Below are positions 48,784 through 56,991 of a stretch of 64,000 nucleotides of DNA, one piece after another (the stretch's first letter is position 1; each line of letters starts with the position of its first letter). The stretch covers positions 124,001 through 188,000 of IMG/VR virus record IMGVR_UViG_3300005253_001115; one strand, 5' to 3'. Made by a program: the position numbers and the translations under genes. The notes under the pieces were generated by a model. The model did not search any database and was not told the origin of the DNA. It worked only from the letters and a program-made list of their open reading frames with translations.

Positions 48784-49433
48784 TAACTTTTCGGTAGTGC
48801 TATCAAATAGATGGAATCCTTGTGGATCTTCTCTATGGTGTGGGTAGCTTCCAGTTCGCTAGTGATGAATTCGGAGGTTCCTGGGTTGTCGTAACCACGT
48901 TCCACGTACCAGTTCTTCGAGCCGTTCTTGTCGTACAGTCGCATGTCGTCAATGATAAACACGTCACCGCTGATGTCTCTTTGGGCCTTGATAACGCCCA
49001 GCTCCCTCTCAAGAGGGAAGGCAACGTCTCTATGAAGAAGCTCTGCCGTCGTTGCCTCTTTGTCTTTTTCGAATCTGGCACCCTTCTTCGGTACATGGGC
49101 GTCGAGCCACCACAGAATGTTTCCCTCAGAGATCTCAATAGCCTCGGGGAGCTTGTCCGCAGACTCTCCGTGAATCAGGTTGATGCTGTCGTCTAGCATC
49201 TTACGTTCGGGTGCTCCGGGTGCTGGATCGTGGTGCATTAGACCTATTTCGCCTGCCGATACAATCCACTTGTAGTCTATCTCGACCGCTACGAACTTCT
49301 CGATCCCAGACAGATTAGTAGTGGCCCAAGCCATACTTCGACCGTGTTCCAAACCGGTCTCAACAAGCGTCTTCAGGTTGTACTTGTCAACCCAGAGTTG
49401 GACCGTTAGAGCGTCACTTCCTAAATATCCCAT
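48783..49433 (-). CDS. Methyltransferase-like protein of polysaccharide gene clusters
   Basis: LVETG..HG, AVEID, IHGES...L, WWLDAH, PL..EL..I, IIDD.RL. Confidence 0.65.
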   Translation of the reverse strand: MGYLGSDALTVQLWVDKYNLKTLVETGLEHGRSMAWATTNLSGIEKFVAVEIDYKWIVSAGEIGLMHHDPAPGAPERKMLDDSINLIHGESADKLPEAIEISEGNILWWLDAHVPKKGARFEKDKEATTAELLHRDVAFPLERELGVIKAQRDISGDVFIIDDMRLYDKNGSKNWYVERGYDNPGTSEFITSELEATHTIEKIHKDSIYLIALPKS

Positions 49434-50326
49434 TACGTTCTCCTTTTTGCGGCGTGATAAGCCCTGAAATCCTCAATTTGCGGTAGACCGGCCTCTTCGA
49501 TTACCGGAGGATGCGGACCTTCGTACACATACAAGTTACCCCCACTATCGGGTGTAAAGCCCGGAGTCCAGCAGGGATTTCTGCGCTTGTAGTCTGCACC
49601 GAACAGCTCCATGCTCTTGTCGGTCCAGTAGGCTTCGTTATCTAGCTCAAAAGGCCGATAGATCTGATTCAACCAGTTCCATTTCCTCTGTTGTGCCTCG
49701 AATACGCGACCGGACTGCTGCTTGTATTCAGTCTTCCATTGTCTTTCCTTGTAGTCCTCTGGTGTCAGTAGACTGTAGTGGAACATACCTTTCTGCCCGG
49801 TGTCTCTAACAACATTGCGGTACTCAACCCGAGAATTCCAAGAGCAGGTCGGCAGGAACTTGCCGTTTCGGTCCTTGATTTTGTACAGGCGGTGGTGGGT
49901 GGAATGCAGGTACCTCTCCATATTGATAAAGAAGAACTTAGCGGGAAACTGGATAGTGTCTGCTGTCGGGTCATTCTCGATAATGTCTCTGGCTTCCTGT
50001 AGCGTTTCATCGAAATAAAACTCGTCCACATCCAACATGAACACCCAGTTTCCCGGCTCGTACAGAGTGCTGGCTGCCAGCATATTATTCAATGTCTTGC
50101 ACTTCCCTGTCGCTATGAACCCGTCGTTTATACAAGGCACCAAGGTAATCTTGTCGCCAAATTCTTGGGCCTTGAGCAGGGTAGTATCATGAAGCTCTGC
50201 CAGCAGCGGGGTATGTGCTCCGATGGAAACTATAACTTCGTCACAGAAGCTTAGAGCTTGCTTGATAGACGGACCAATGAAATCCTCAGCGTAATGCGCC
50301 CCGATCAGACCTATGATTTTGTTCAT
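49433..50326 (-). CDS. GT-A fold (GT2-like) glycosyltransferase
   Basis: FCDEVIVSIG, DTT, WVFMLDVDEFY (DxD motif), MFHYS. Confidence 0.75.
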   Translation of the reverse strand: MNKIIGLIGAHYAEDFIGPSIKQALSFCDEVIVSIGAHTPLLAELHDTTLLKAQEFGDKITLVPCINDGFIATGKCKTLNNMLAASTLYEPGNWVFMLDVDEFYFDETLQEARDIIENDPTADTIQFPAKFFFINMERYLHSTHHRLYKIKDRNGKFLPTCSWNSRVEYRNVVRDTGQKGMFHYSLLTPEDYKERQWKTEYKQQSGRVFEAQQRKWNWLNQIYRPFELDNEAYWTDKSMELFGADYKRRNPCWTPGFTPDSGGNLYVYEGPHPPVIEEAGLPQIEDFRAYHAAKRRT

Positions 50327-51075
50327 ATCATGAACCTCTTGAACGCCAACGGGTCTTCCGATCGGCAGGTTTTGACTACAGAACAGTATCTCTCCCATTC
50401 AGGGAATAGGCGAGATCGAAACGCTTTATCGTACCCCACCGATTTGGTGTAAACAAAACTGGGGACCTTGGAACTGGCTGCGACGTACACCATCAATCCC
50501 TGTACGCCGATGAATTTTTTGGCTCGGGATACAATTCCGATAGCTTCCAAAATTGAAGTCTTTCCTATCAAGTTCGTCACATTATGGCGGGAATAGCCAA
50601 GGAATTCTGGATTGTCACCCACGAGAACGAACTGCTGGTCTTTGTACTCCTCGATTAGGGAGGATATCTCATCCTCCCCCACCTGTCTGTGTCCCTCGTT
50701 TGATTTCCCGCCACGGGGAGAGCAGGCGATGTAGCTTCCTGTCACCTGTTTCGTTGCGGGGAACTTAAACGGTGGGTGTGGGTTCATTACGCTCATCCCA
50801 CCCTCTCTTTCTCTTGCTTTTTCTATGGACGGCCAGAGGCGAGGAAATTTCTGCGAAGGTAGACTGTTAAACTCTTCTTTGTTAACGAATTCCACCTGAA
50901 TTTTTGGCATAAGAGAATAGATCTGCCGGATATGCGGCTCCCAATGGTCTACAGCATTGCCAGCGTAATCGCTGCACTGCTTGATAAGGATCTTCTCGCG
51001 ACTCGCTAACCCGTGAACTACACAGTTAACGATGTACGAGTCCCCAAGTGTTCCTCTGCACTTAAACGTTTTCAT
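50323..51075 (-). CDS. Divergent GT9-like glycosyltransferase
   Basis: GTLGDSY, FVLVG, NLIGKTSILEAIGIVSRAKKFIG...YVAASSKVPSFV. Confidence 0.7.
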   Translation of the reverse strand: MKTFKCRGTLGDSYIVNCVVHGLASREKILIKQCSDYAGNAVDHWEPHIRQIYSLMPKIQVEFVNKEEFNSLPSQKFPRLWPSIEKAREREGGMSVMNPHPPFKFPATKQVTGSYIACSPRGGKSNEGHRQVGEDEISSLIEEYKDQQFVLVGDNPEFLGYSRHNVTNLIGKTSILEAIGIVSRAKKFIGVQGLMVYVAASSKVPSFVYTKSVGYDKAFRSRLFPEWERYCSVVKTCRSEDPLAFKRFMI

Positions 51076-51698
51076 TAGACTTTCCTTGATCGGAACAAGT
51101 AGTGAGAATTAGGCCGCTCGGCGCTGATGACTCCGAAATCCTCATCAATTACCGAACCCAGAGACTCGCTTATGACTTGGGGACCACGGATCTTCATGTG
51201 TTTACCCATCTTAGGGCTCTGATCTGCGTCATCAATGATGTAGATAAGGCCACCGGGCTTAACTACCCGGGCGATTTCGCTGGACCAGATAACGTAGTGC
51301 TCGGGGTCAACAATGTGCTGGAGAACGGTGAGGGCCATAGCGGAATCGAAGCTATTGTCCTCGAAGGGAATACGGTCCTCTGGCAGACCGACGAACTCCA
51401 CGTTCGGGAGATCGGGGGCATGCTCGAAAGCGCCTGAGTTGATATCGACGCCTACGTAGCTAGAAGCGAACTCCCTAGCCGCCGCAGCAAAGCGACCTAC
51501 ACCGCAGCCAAAGTCGATAATGCGCCCCGGGTCAGTACCCTCCATGGCCTGCCTGAGGGAGTCTCGGAAGACTTCCCACTGGTGGTCATTCACTGTCTTG
51601 CTGTTTCGCGTGGACACATATAGGGCACCCTCCTTCTTCAGGCGAGCAGGCCAGTATTCCCTGGCGATGTACGGGTTTTTTCGCAGGTCAGTGCTCAT
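51075..51698 (-). CDS. Class I SAM-dependent methyltransferase (Methyltransf_11)
   Basis: IIDFGCGVGRF, IPFEDNSFD, VLQHI, RVVKPGG. Confidence 0.9.
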   Translation of the reverse strand: MSTDLRKNPYIAREYWPARLKKEGALYVSTRNSKTVNDHQWEVFRDSLRQAMEGTDPGRIIDFGCGVGRFAAAAREFASSYVGVDINSGAFEHAPDLPNVEFVGLPEDRIPFEDNSFDSAMALTVLQHIVDPEHYVIWSSEIARVVKPGGLIYIIDDADQSPKMGKHMKIRGPQVISESLGSVIDEDFGVISAERPNSHYLFRSRKV

Positions 51699-52528
51699 GT
51701 CTTTGTCCAATGCTTAATGGGGGTTTCTGGGTTCATTCTGGCCACACAGCTATTGAAGGATAAGTCCACGTTAGGGGTTGGAACGTCGATGAACGTGACT
51801 GGGGTATTGAAGGGGTTCCAGTAGCTAAGGTAGCGTTCCATAGAAACTACGGGACGCCCGTACCAAGAGACGTGAGGTGTGCCGCAAGCACTAGCAAGAT
51901 GTAATGTCCCGCTGCTGGGTCCGATAGCAACTTTAGCCGCAGACAAGGCTCCACACAGGTCTCCCAGACCAACTCCTCTGAAGTCTACCGTACCTTCGAT
52001 GTACACGTTGTCAGTGCCTCCGTAACAGGCCACAGAATACCCGGCGTCTAGAAGACGTTTGACCAGACCTTCGCATTTGTCCCGTGGATACTCCTTTTCC
52101 GGGTAAGATCGTTTGCGGTACTTCTTCGGACCACGGAAGGCGCACATGATGTCTGCAACATGCTTGGGCCTCTCTGACCCCAGCTTCCTCCATTCTTTGG
52201 GGTGAATACCGTCCACCTTATCAGCCACCTTGATGGCCTTGAACTCTTTCTTGGCGTGGGCTTTCCAGAACCACATAGGGGTAATTGACCTCGTTCCCGC
52301 AGGAGGCTGGAAGGCAGGCTTGGACACTTTGCCAGAGTACATGTCGAAGTCCGGCAAGTGCGGATTTATGATGATCTCGTCCGCAAACTCGTACAAGTAT
52401 TCGCTGTCGGGCTGTGTCTCCACAATGACATGATCGTAGTCCTTAGCGATGTGCCGGATAGACGGGCTCCACGAGGCGATCTCCCACCCGAACTCTCCTA
52501 CCCAAGGCCCTGCGTACAGTTTCTTCAC
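51695..52528 (-). CDS. GT9-like glycosyltransferase
   Basis: GPWVGEFGWE N-terminus; K.YP...LV..L, DFRG..LGDL...AIGPSSGTLHLASACGTPHV. Confidence 0.7.
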   Translation of the reverse strand: MKKLYAGPWVGEFGWEIASWSPSIRHIAKDYDHVIVETQPDSEYLYEFADEIIINPHLPDFDMYSGKVSKPAFQPPAGTRSITPMWFWKAHAKKEFKAIKVADKVDGIHPKEWRKLGSERPKHVADIMCAFRGPKKYRKRSYPEKEYPRDKCEGLVKRLLDAGYSVACYGGTDNVYIEGTVDFRGVGLGDLCGALSAAKVAIGPSSGTLHLASACGTPHVSWYGRPVVSMERYLSYWNPFNTPVTFIDVPTPNVDLSFNSCVARMNPETPIKHWTKT

Positions 52529-53418
52529 GTCTTGTCTCCGAGCATGTAGTCCAGCCTGTGCGCAGCCGTGTCCCTACTTCGATACAGCTCTGTACCCCAG
52601 TTGCGAATTCTTGCCACCTCCCCAGGATTCTCTAAGTAGTAGCTGGCCAGTTCTCGGGCCTCCTGTGGAGTCTTAAACCACACCAGATGTTTCTTGTTCT
52701 CGAACAGCTTCTCGATTCCGGGGAACCAGTTCACCAACGCGAAACCGTTGGAACTAAGGATATTGTACAGGCGGTTCGAGGTGTACCCTTTGGCGGGTAG
52801 TGATATGGACAAGGACACGGGAGACATAGCATACAGGTACTTCTGGTCCTTGGTTAGACCCTCTCTGTTGATGATCTTGACAGGGTGTTCTTTCCTGATC
52901 TCTTCGATAATAGGGGAGCGGTTTCCGTGAAACTCCCTGGCACTAATCAACGCCTTCAATTTGTCCGTGTCTGTCGGGTTTGAAGCCTCGAACGCGCTAC
53001 CTGGTCGTACTATCCCAAGGAACAGGATGTCCTCATCGAACTTCCTTCCGTTTTTGACATCGGCATCGTTTCCGCACTGCGGGAGGTAGTAGGCTGGCTT
53101 ACCAAAATGCTCAGCGTAGGCATCCGTGAACAACTGGTTGCATACAAACATTTCGGAAGCAGTTGTGCCGGATGTGATGATCTTCGGGTCCCGCAAATCG
53201 CACATCCACCACAGTATTTTGGCAGAAGTCTGGAAAGTCGGTGGGGTATTCATGAAGTACACGATGACATCGTAGTCGTCCCAACTCTTACCGCCAGGGG
53301 CAATGCCTTCCTTGCCCTTGGGCATCTCCAGCACATCAAAGCCTTTTGCCTTGGCGGCGATGGCTAGGGATGCTTGGATGGGACCGATAGGGAGTCTGTA
53401 CGCCACTGCTACTTTCAC
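52525..53418 (-). CDS. CgeB/DUF3880-like GT-B glycosyltransferase
   Basis: WWMCD.R, YLPQC, DILFLG, YTSNRLYNILSSNGFAL..FPGIE.LF...HLVWF...YYLENP. Confidence 0.8.
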   Translation of the reverse strand: MKVAVAYRLPIGPIQASLAIAAKAKGFDVLEMPKGKEGIAPGGKSWDDYDVIVYFMNTPPTFQTSAKILWWMCDLRDPKIITSGTTASEMFVCNQLFTDAYAEHFGKPAYYLPQCGNDADVKNGRKFDEDILFLGIVRPGSAFEASNPTDTDKLKALISAREFHGNRSPIIEEIRKEHPVKIINREGLTKDQKYLYAMSPVSLSISLPAKGYTSNRLYNILSSNGFALVNWFPGIEKLFENKKHLVWFKTPQEARELASYYLENPGEVARIRNWGTELYRSRDTAAHRLDYMLGDKT

Positions 53419-53855
53419 GGCTTGACCAGCTCACATGTGAAGAATCTCTTGTCCGTCTCCAGCTTTCGCAGGGTCCATCCCTGGAAACCGTAGTGGCGGC
53501 CGTAATTCTTCCATTGCTGTGTGGCCAGGTCCATGTAGAGAAACGACCGAGGGAAGAAGAACCGCTTGTGGGTAGGGTCTCCGAAAGCAGCATCGGGCCA
53601 ATTCTCGGCATCCGGTACCTTCCACCAAAACACCCCGCCCTTCTGTACTACCCGGAACACCTCATTCATGGCGAACATGAACTCATCGTTGTCGAAGTGT
53701 TCCATGAGGTTATCGGCCTCGACTAGCTCCACGGAGTTGTCCTCGTAGGGTAGCCGGTCCTTGCCGATGTTGCAGATGACATCCGCAGGAGCCTGCATGT
53801 CAATGTTGACATAGCCCTTCTTGTGCAGCTTACCGCACCCGATATTTAGCTTCAT
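53415..53855 (-). CDS. Small SAM-methyltransferase domain protein
   Basis: KLNIGCG...GYVNID, LPYEDNSV, LMEHF, EVFRV...GG, VPD, DPTH. Confidence 0.85.
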   Translation of the reverse strand: MKLNIGCGKLHKKGYVNIDMQAPADVICNIGKDRLPYEDNSVELVEADNLMEHFDNDEFMFAMNEVFRVVQKGGVFWWKVPDAENWPDAAFGDPTHKRFFFPRSFLYMDLATQQWKNYGRHYGFQGWTLRKLETDKRFFTCELVKP

Positions 53856-54685
53856 TTGTTGCCCCCAGTTCCGGGAGGAGCCATGGCCGCTTTTAGGGCG
53901 TTAAATTTCGCGTCTGCTCTTTTTTGTGCTGCTGAACGCTGTATCGCTTTGGCCACTTGTTTCGCTCTGTCCGCATTTGCCGCCCTGTTCGCTTGTGCCG
54001 CGCTACCCGTTTGTGTTTTTTTAGCTATGGCCGCTTGTGCCACAGCCATCCTTTCAGGAGTGTGCCATTTACTGATGAACAGCTCCTTGGCCTTTTTCTT
54101 GAGGGCCAATATATCCTTGCCGCGTGCTTCAGCTATTGGGGTGCTAGACATTCCGTGATGGAATATGAATACGTCTGTACGGATTGCGGTGGTATAGCCG
54201 TGTTCCTGTACCTCCATACAAAAATCACTGTCTTCGCCGTAAAGTTCAAACTCTTCGTCAAAGCCTCCTATCTCTTCCCACACAGACTTTGGAAAAACGA
54301 TACAAAAACCAACTAGCGGGTACTTGACAACCATAAGCCGCTTGTGCTTTGTTTGGAACTTCCTGCAATTTCCTTGCGGCCCTGTAGACTTGTTGGTCAT
54401 GGGGCCAACGGCCCCCAGTTTGTCATCTTCTTCGAAGCACTCAAGCAGGCGGCTTAGCCACGCTGCCTCTACTCGGGTGTCGTTGTTCAGAAGGCAAATA
54501 TACTCGGCATCCGAGGCCCGAATAAGGTCGTTCCAGACCTTAGACAGCCCCTCATCGGCTTCGTAGTTGTCGTGCGCCGTCAGGACATACTCCACGTCCT
54601 GAGTGTGCTCTTCCACACTAGAGACGCACTCGGCCTCTAGTTCCGGTAAGCCGTATTTGACGATGATGATCTCACACTTCGCCAT
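53852..54685 (-). CDS. GT2 glycosyltransferase with Ala/Lys-rich C-terminal tail
   Basis: EYICLLNNDT, WLSRL, AVGP, VGFC, IGGFDEEF..YGEDSDFC, IFHHG. Confidence 0.9.
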   Translation of the reverse strand: MAKCEIIIVKYGLPELEAECVSSVEEHTQDVEYVLTAHDNYEADEGLSKVWNDLIRASDAEYICLLNNDTRVEAAWLSRLLECFEEDDKLGAVGPMTNKSTGPQGNCRKFQTKHKRLMVVKYPLVGFCIVFPKSVWEEIGGFDEEFELYGEDSDFCMEVQEHGYTTAIRTDVFIFHHGMSSTPIAEARGKDILALKKKAKELFISKWHTPERMAVAQAAIAKKTQTGSAAQANRAANADRAKQVAKAIQRSAAQKRADAKFNALKAAMAPPGTGGNK

Positions 54686-55256
54686 CACGAACCTCGTTCT
54701 TTACGCATCGGGTTCCGTACCGCTTGTTGGGGCCGGACACCTCAATTGATTGCCAAGTGTCGAAATATTCGTCCACGGCCTTATTGGTACCTGGACATCT
54801 GGGGGCATTGTAGTCATCGAAGACCATGATCCCGCCTTCCACCAGACGCGGCCAGAATAGTTCAATGGCAGCCTTCGTGGATTCGTAGATGTCCACATCG
54901 ACATGCACTAGACAGAATCTAAGGTCCGTGAGTCCCTCGGCGCTCTCCGGGAACCAGCCAGGCCAGAACTCCACGTTGTCCCTGTCCTTTAGTAAAGCCT
55001 GTACGGCCTCCAGGGAGGTGTCAGCGAAGTCCCCCGGCTCGTGTATGTCGAACTCGGGGTTGGTCGGCGGCATCCCTTCGAAGGTGTCAAAGAGGTGAAT
55101 GAGCTTCATAGGCAAGTAATCGGCAAGTATCTGGGCAGTTCCGCCTTTATACACACCAATCTCTGCCACACTACCAGTAAGGTCGCGCACCTGTAAACAC
55201 TGCTTGGCTAGGAATTCTTGCCGTACCTCGGGTACGACGCTATTCGTCTTCCTCAT
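54672..55256 (-). CDS. TylF/MycF-family (macrocin-type) sugar O-methyltransferase
   Basis: GSVAEIGVYKGG, LFDTFEGMP, GWFPES, VHVDVDIYEST, GGIMVFDDY, G..KAVDEY. Confidence 0.9.
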   Translation of the reverse strand: MRKTNSVVPEVRQEFLAKQCLQVRDLTGSVAEIGVYKGGTAQILADYLPMKLIHLFDTFEGMPPTNPEFDIHEPGDFADTSLEAVQALLKDRDNVEFWPGWFPESAEGLTDLRFCLVHVDVDIYESTKAAIELFWPRLVEGGIMVFDDYNAPRCPGTNKAVDEYFDTWQSIEVSGPNKRYGTRCVKNEVRDGEV

Positions 55257-56991
55257 ACTTTTCAAGCGAAATCAGCACATCCTTGACGATCTTGCTTCTC
55301 GCAACATCCTGGGCCTTGAACATAGTGACTCCAACATCCTCCGTCTCTTGCAACCGTTCAACGATTTTGGCGAGTCCTGACTTGCCGTTAAGGTCCGACT
55401 GGCTGCTGTCACCGCTGATGACCAACTTCACGTTGTCACCGAGCCGGGTTAGCACCATCTTTATTTGGCTATAGGTGCAGTTCTGCGCCTCGTCTAGGAT
55501 GACGAAGCAGTTGTGAAAGGTTCGACCTCTCATGTATGCCACCGGAGCGATCTCAATCACCCCCTTGGCAATCTTGTCTTTAGCTACGTCTATACCCACG
55601 ATGTCGTTCATCGCGTCATACAGGGGTCGCATGTATGGGTCCATCTTCTCTTCTAGCACACCTGGGAGAAAGCCCAGTTTCTCGCCCGCCTCCACGACCG
55701 GTCGAGTCAAAACGATTCTGTTGATGCCTGTGTCCTTCTTGTTCCAAAGATGGCACAAGGCTTGGTACATTGCGAGGTACGTATTGTGCGTAACGCAGTA
55801 ATCGTCAGTAATGTACAGGTGCTCAGAACTATCCACCGATATACATTGGCACTCGATTTCTCCTACGTACTCTATCTTGTCTATCCTCTTTTTTAGCCCT
55901 GCTTCATACTGGCCCTCTCCTTGCAACCTATCAATTTTTCTAGACAATCGAAATAACCTGCGGGGGTTCTTCATTCTTATAGTTACGTTATACGCTCGCT
56001 TACCCTGCTTCAGTTTCCCCTTATACGTGTAATTGGGAATCCTAGTGGTTATCTTGGCAAGCCCACCGAGAGACCTAACTACTTCCTGAACAGACTTCGC
56101 CAGCCGCTCGCTTGCACTGGAATAACTAATTCCTCGTTTAACCTCTACCGTGCCGTCTGTATCCATAAGCCCTTGCAGTAGGGAGAACCGCTGTTCCACC
56201 GTGCCGCTTAGGTAATCGTCAGGTATGAACTTTTCATGGCTTCTTTTGCCAAATAGTCCAATACGCTTCAATTCTACTGTTATGTCATTAGGTGCATTTC
56301 TTTTGTTTTCTCGCTTAACTGTGTAGTCGTATACAGAACTGTTTATTTTGTTCAACATGTAACCAGCGGGTAATTCACTCCCCACTATTTCCAGCATTTC
56401 TGTGTCCGCTGTGGTCAGGCGCGGAGTGTTGGTAGTAAAAGAACCGTCCCCCAACAAAGCCCCCATCAGGTAAGGTGAGATGAAATGCTCAGCGTGCAGC
56501 CCATAGGCTGGCTCGCAAAGTGGTATATACAGCCTATTGCTCTTACTGGGAAGCTTTTTGTACTCAATTAAGTCTTCCAGGCTGACTACTTGGTAACCGT
56601 CAGTATTCCTGGCCCAATCAACATTCCACACTTTCCACAAGTGCTCCTTGCAGGATTCTGCTGAGCTTCCATCAATGAATGTGATTTTATAATAGGCTTT
56701 CTTACCTTGCGGAAAAACTTCACGAACACGCGCAGTCTTGCCATCAGGGGTACATACCTCGTCCCCTGGCTTAATGCTGCCCATGGTCACCCAGCCAGAA
56801 GGCGTTTTTATCCTGGCATGCAAAGGCTGCGCTTTGCCCGTACCTGCGGGTCCTAGTCCGAACGTGACAATATTGTCCTCAATGGTGTCGAGGTATACCT
56901 CTTGGTTTTCAGTCCGAGGCGCAATCTCCTTCAAGGAGTTGTAGTTCTGCGCCTTCTTGCGAGGGGTAGGAGTCGATTTTTGTCGAGTCAA
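55240..56991 (-). CDS. phoH: PhoH-family ATPase containing an intein
   Basis: PRTENQ, GPAGTGK/TYLA after splicing, LTRPVVEAGEKLGFLPG, AYMRGRTF, ILDEAQN, LTRLG, GD..QSDL. Confidence 0.95.
   Translation of the reverse strand: MTRQKSTPTPRKKAQNYNSLKEIAPRTENQEVYLDTIEDNIVTFGLGPAGTGKAQPLHARIKTPSGWVTMGSIKPGDEVCTPDGKTARVREVFPQGKKAYYKITFIDGSSAESCKEHLWKVWNVDWARNTDGYQVVSLEDLIEYKKLPSKSNRLYIPLCEPAYGLHAEHFISPYLMGALLGDGSFTTNTPRLTTADTEMLEIVGSELPAGYMLNKINSSVYDYTVKRENKRNAPNDITVELKRIGLFGKRSHEKFIPDDYLSGTVEQRFSLLQGLMDTDGTVEVKRGISYSSASERLAKSVQEVVRSLGGLAKITTRIPNYTYKGKLKQGKRAYNVTIRMKNPRRLFRLSRKIDRLQGEGQYEAGLKKRIDKIEYVGEIECQCISVDSSEHLYITDDYCVTHNTYLAMYQALCHLWNKKDTGINRIVLTRPVVEAGEKLGFLPGVLEEKMDPYMRPLYDAMNDIVGIDVAKDKIAKGVIEIAPVAYMRGRTFHNCFVILDEAQNCTYSQIKMVLTRLGDNVKLVISGDSSQSDLNGKSGLAKIVERLQETEDVGVTMFKAQDVARSKIVKDVLISLEKYEEDE
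55783..56832 (-). mobile_element. Ala1 intein with class-3 WCT signature and LAGLIDADG endonuclease (350 aa) in the PhoH P-loop
   Basis: Begins AQPL; block B EHLW, block F CQCISVD, block G VTHN followed by Thr+1; LMGALLGDG and LLQGLMDTDG; AT-richer than the extein. Confidence 0.92.

Larger units (their letters stand above)
40653..55256 (-). other. 20-gene phage glycan synthesis/modification cluster
   Basis: Unbroken run of 9 glycosyltransferases, 8 methyltransferase-like genes, 2 sulfotransferases and HldD, nearly all translationally coupled. Confidence 0.85.

Noticed and set aside
40653-55256. Interpretation as a bacterial chromosomal LPS/capsule locus
   Set aside because: No transport, polymerase or lipid-carrier genes; continuous stop-start overlaps with phage-type genes on both sides; no visible composition break.
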